From: Anaerolineales bacterium
GTDB lineage: Bacteria; Chloroflexota; Anaerolineae; Anaerolineales; Villigracilaceae
Length of the DNA stretch: 64,000 bases
Reading direction: 5' to 3'
Assembly: GCA_014379595.1 (NCBI GenBank)
Contig: JACMLM010000011.1
Coordinates: 29,062 to 93,061 of the forward strand
This document shows, piece after piece, positions 63,292-64,000 of the stretch. The translations under genes were made by a program, and so were the position numbers. Under the pieces are notes generated by a model that saw only the letters and a list, made by a program, of their open reading frames with translations, was not told the origin of the DNA and ran no database searches. Within the stretch, counting starts at the first letter, position 1. Each line of letters starts with the position of its first letter.

Positions 63292-64000
63292 ATGTCAACA
63301 GAAGCAGCAGTGGTGAATGACAGAAAAGAGATTTTCGGCTGGGGCATGTATGACTGGGCGAACTCAGCCTTTAGCACAACGGTGGGAACAGTATTTCTTG
63401 GGCCATATATCGCAAGCCTTGCGAGGACAGCGGCCGAAGCGGCAGGCACAACAACTGTTTCATTTTTAGGAATTCCAATTGCACCTGATTCATTTTTGCC
63501 ATATTGCATTTCATTTTCAGTGGGCATGCAGGTTTTATTTCTGCCCATCCTTGGCGCAATTGCAGATTTTTCAAATTTGCGAAAACGCATGATGCAGATT
63601 TTTGCGACCATTGGCGCAATTGCCACAATTTTGATGTTCCTGCTGACAGGCGATTTATGGTGGCTTGGCGGTGTGTTATTCATTGTTGCGAACCTTTGTT
63701 TCGGTGCGGCCATTGTTTTTTACAATGCTTATCTGCCCGATATTGCAAGCGAAGATCAAAGAGACCGCGTCTCTTCGTATGGCTGGGCAATGGGATATTT
63801 AGGCGGCGGTATTTTACTAGCGTTGAATCTAGCATTTTTTATTTTTAGTGAAGACATTGGTGTGCCGAGCGATCTTGCTGTGCGAATCAACCTCGCATCA
63901 GCTGGTATTTGGTGGCTTGGGTTTGCATTCATTACATGGTCAAGATTGCGGACGCGGAAAGCCTCACGCGCTTTACCTGCCGGTGAGAATTATGCGACTA
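63292..64000 (+). CDS. MFS transporter, UMF1 (Atg22-like) family, 3' end beyond window
   Basis: Not in the ORF track because no stop is reached. My translation from the ATG at 63292 (GGAGG 4 nt upstream) is open to nt 64000: MSTEAAVVNDRKEIFGWGMYDWANSAFSTTVGTVFLGPYIASL.... The YDWANSAF motif is the UMF1 family signature, and several TM segments follow. Confidence 0.75.
   Translation, partial: MSTEAAVVNDRKEIFGWGMYDWANSAFSTTVGTVFLGPYIASLARTAAEAAGTTTVSFLGIPIAPDSFLPYCISFSVGMQVLFLPILGAIADFSNLRKRMMQIFATIGAIATILMFLLTGDLWWLGGVLFIVANLCFGAAIVFYNAYLPDIASEDQRDRVSSYGWAMGYLGGGILLALNLAFFIFSEDIGVPSDLAVRINLASAGIWWLGFAFITWSRLRTRKASRALPAGENYAT

Noticed and set aside
63261-63848. Track ORFs 63261..63713 (minus) and 63504..63848 (plus)
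   Set aside because: Both overlap the longer open frame starting at 63292. That frame has an SD, the UMF1 signature and a TM-protein composition.
1-64000. Integrase, transposase, phage, toxin-antitoxin or known defence-system genes that could explain the islands
   Set aside because: None of the translated ORFs shows recombinase (tyrosine/serine), DDE transposase, phage structural or recognisable defence signatures. The island boundaries are inferred only from detached gene tails and repeats.

Overview
Bacterial chromosomal window with about 60 protein genes and 2 tRNAs. I found no rRNA, no CRISPR array and no recognisable integrase or transposase. All calls come from reading the sequence and ORF track by eye; nothing was searched or computed by tool.

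Layout:
(i) 1-14.3 kb: a 2-aminoethylphosphonate (AEP) utilisation island. It holds phnW, phnX, an AlkP/NPP-family hydrolase, a long pyruvate-kinase-like gene and two paralogous 4-gene ABC importers. It lies downstream of a DJ-1/PfpI gene and is partitioned by degenerate copies of that gene's 3' end.
(ii) 14.7-35 kb: a methylated-amine / amino-alcohol / glycerol catabolic supercluster around a divergent DeoR-CBS promoter. Genes: non-Pyl MttB homolog, two DMGDH/SARDH-type FAD+GcvT fusions, PfkB kinase, LicA-type kinase, class II aldolase, HisC-like PLP enzyme, CbbY-type phosphatase, APC permease, GlpK, fused GlpA/GlpB-like dehydrogenase, Nudix.
(iii) 35-56.3 kb: mostly housekeeping. TIGR03960-type radical SAM with its DUF2344 partner, PrsW, tRNA-Arg, an SH3/FecR/CHASE2-cyclase module, Rex, MFS, tRNA-Leu, dGTPase-like, GreA, a methyltransferase, TopA, a ManC-like gene, DprA, RimM, KH protein, S16.
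(iv) 56.4-61.8 kb: a compositionally mosaic accessory insert that splits the normally contiguous ffh-rpsP unit. It ends in a second copy of the ffh 3' end that differs almost only at synonymous sites.
(v) ffh, then a 3'-open UMF1-type MFS gene that the ORF track does not list.

At least four families of palindromic or MITE-like intergenic repeats recur. Three of them create false N-terminal extensions in the ORF track.

Most interesting hypothesis (inference, untested): the kinase / HisC-like transaminase / class II aldolase / CbbY-phosphatase / GlpK-GlpD block encodes a B12-independent route. It would join an ethanolamine-type C2 unit (as glycolaldehyde phosphate) to glycerol-derived DHAP, giving xylulose 1,5-bisphosphate and then xylulose 5-phosphate.

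The taxon cannot be determined here; the protein flavour suggests a Chloroflexota-like bacterium (low confidence).
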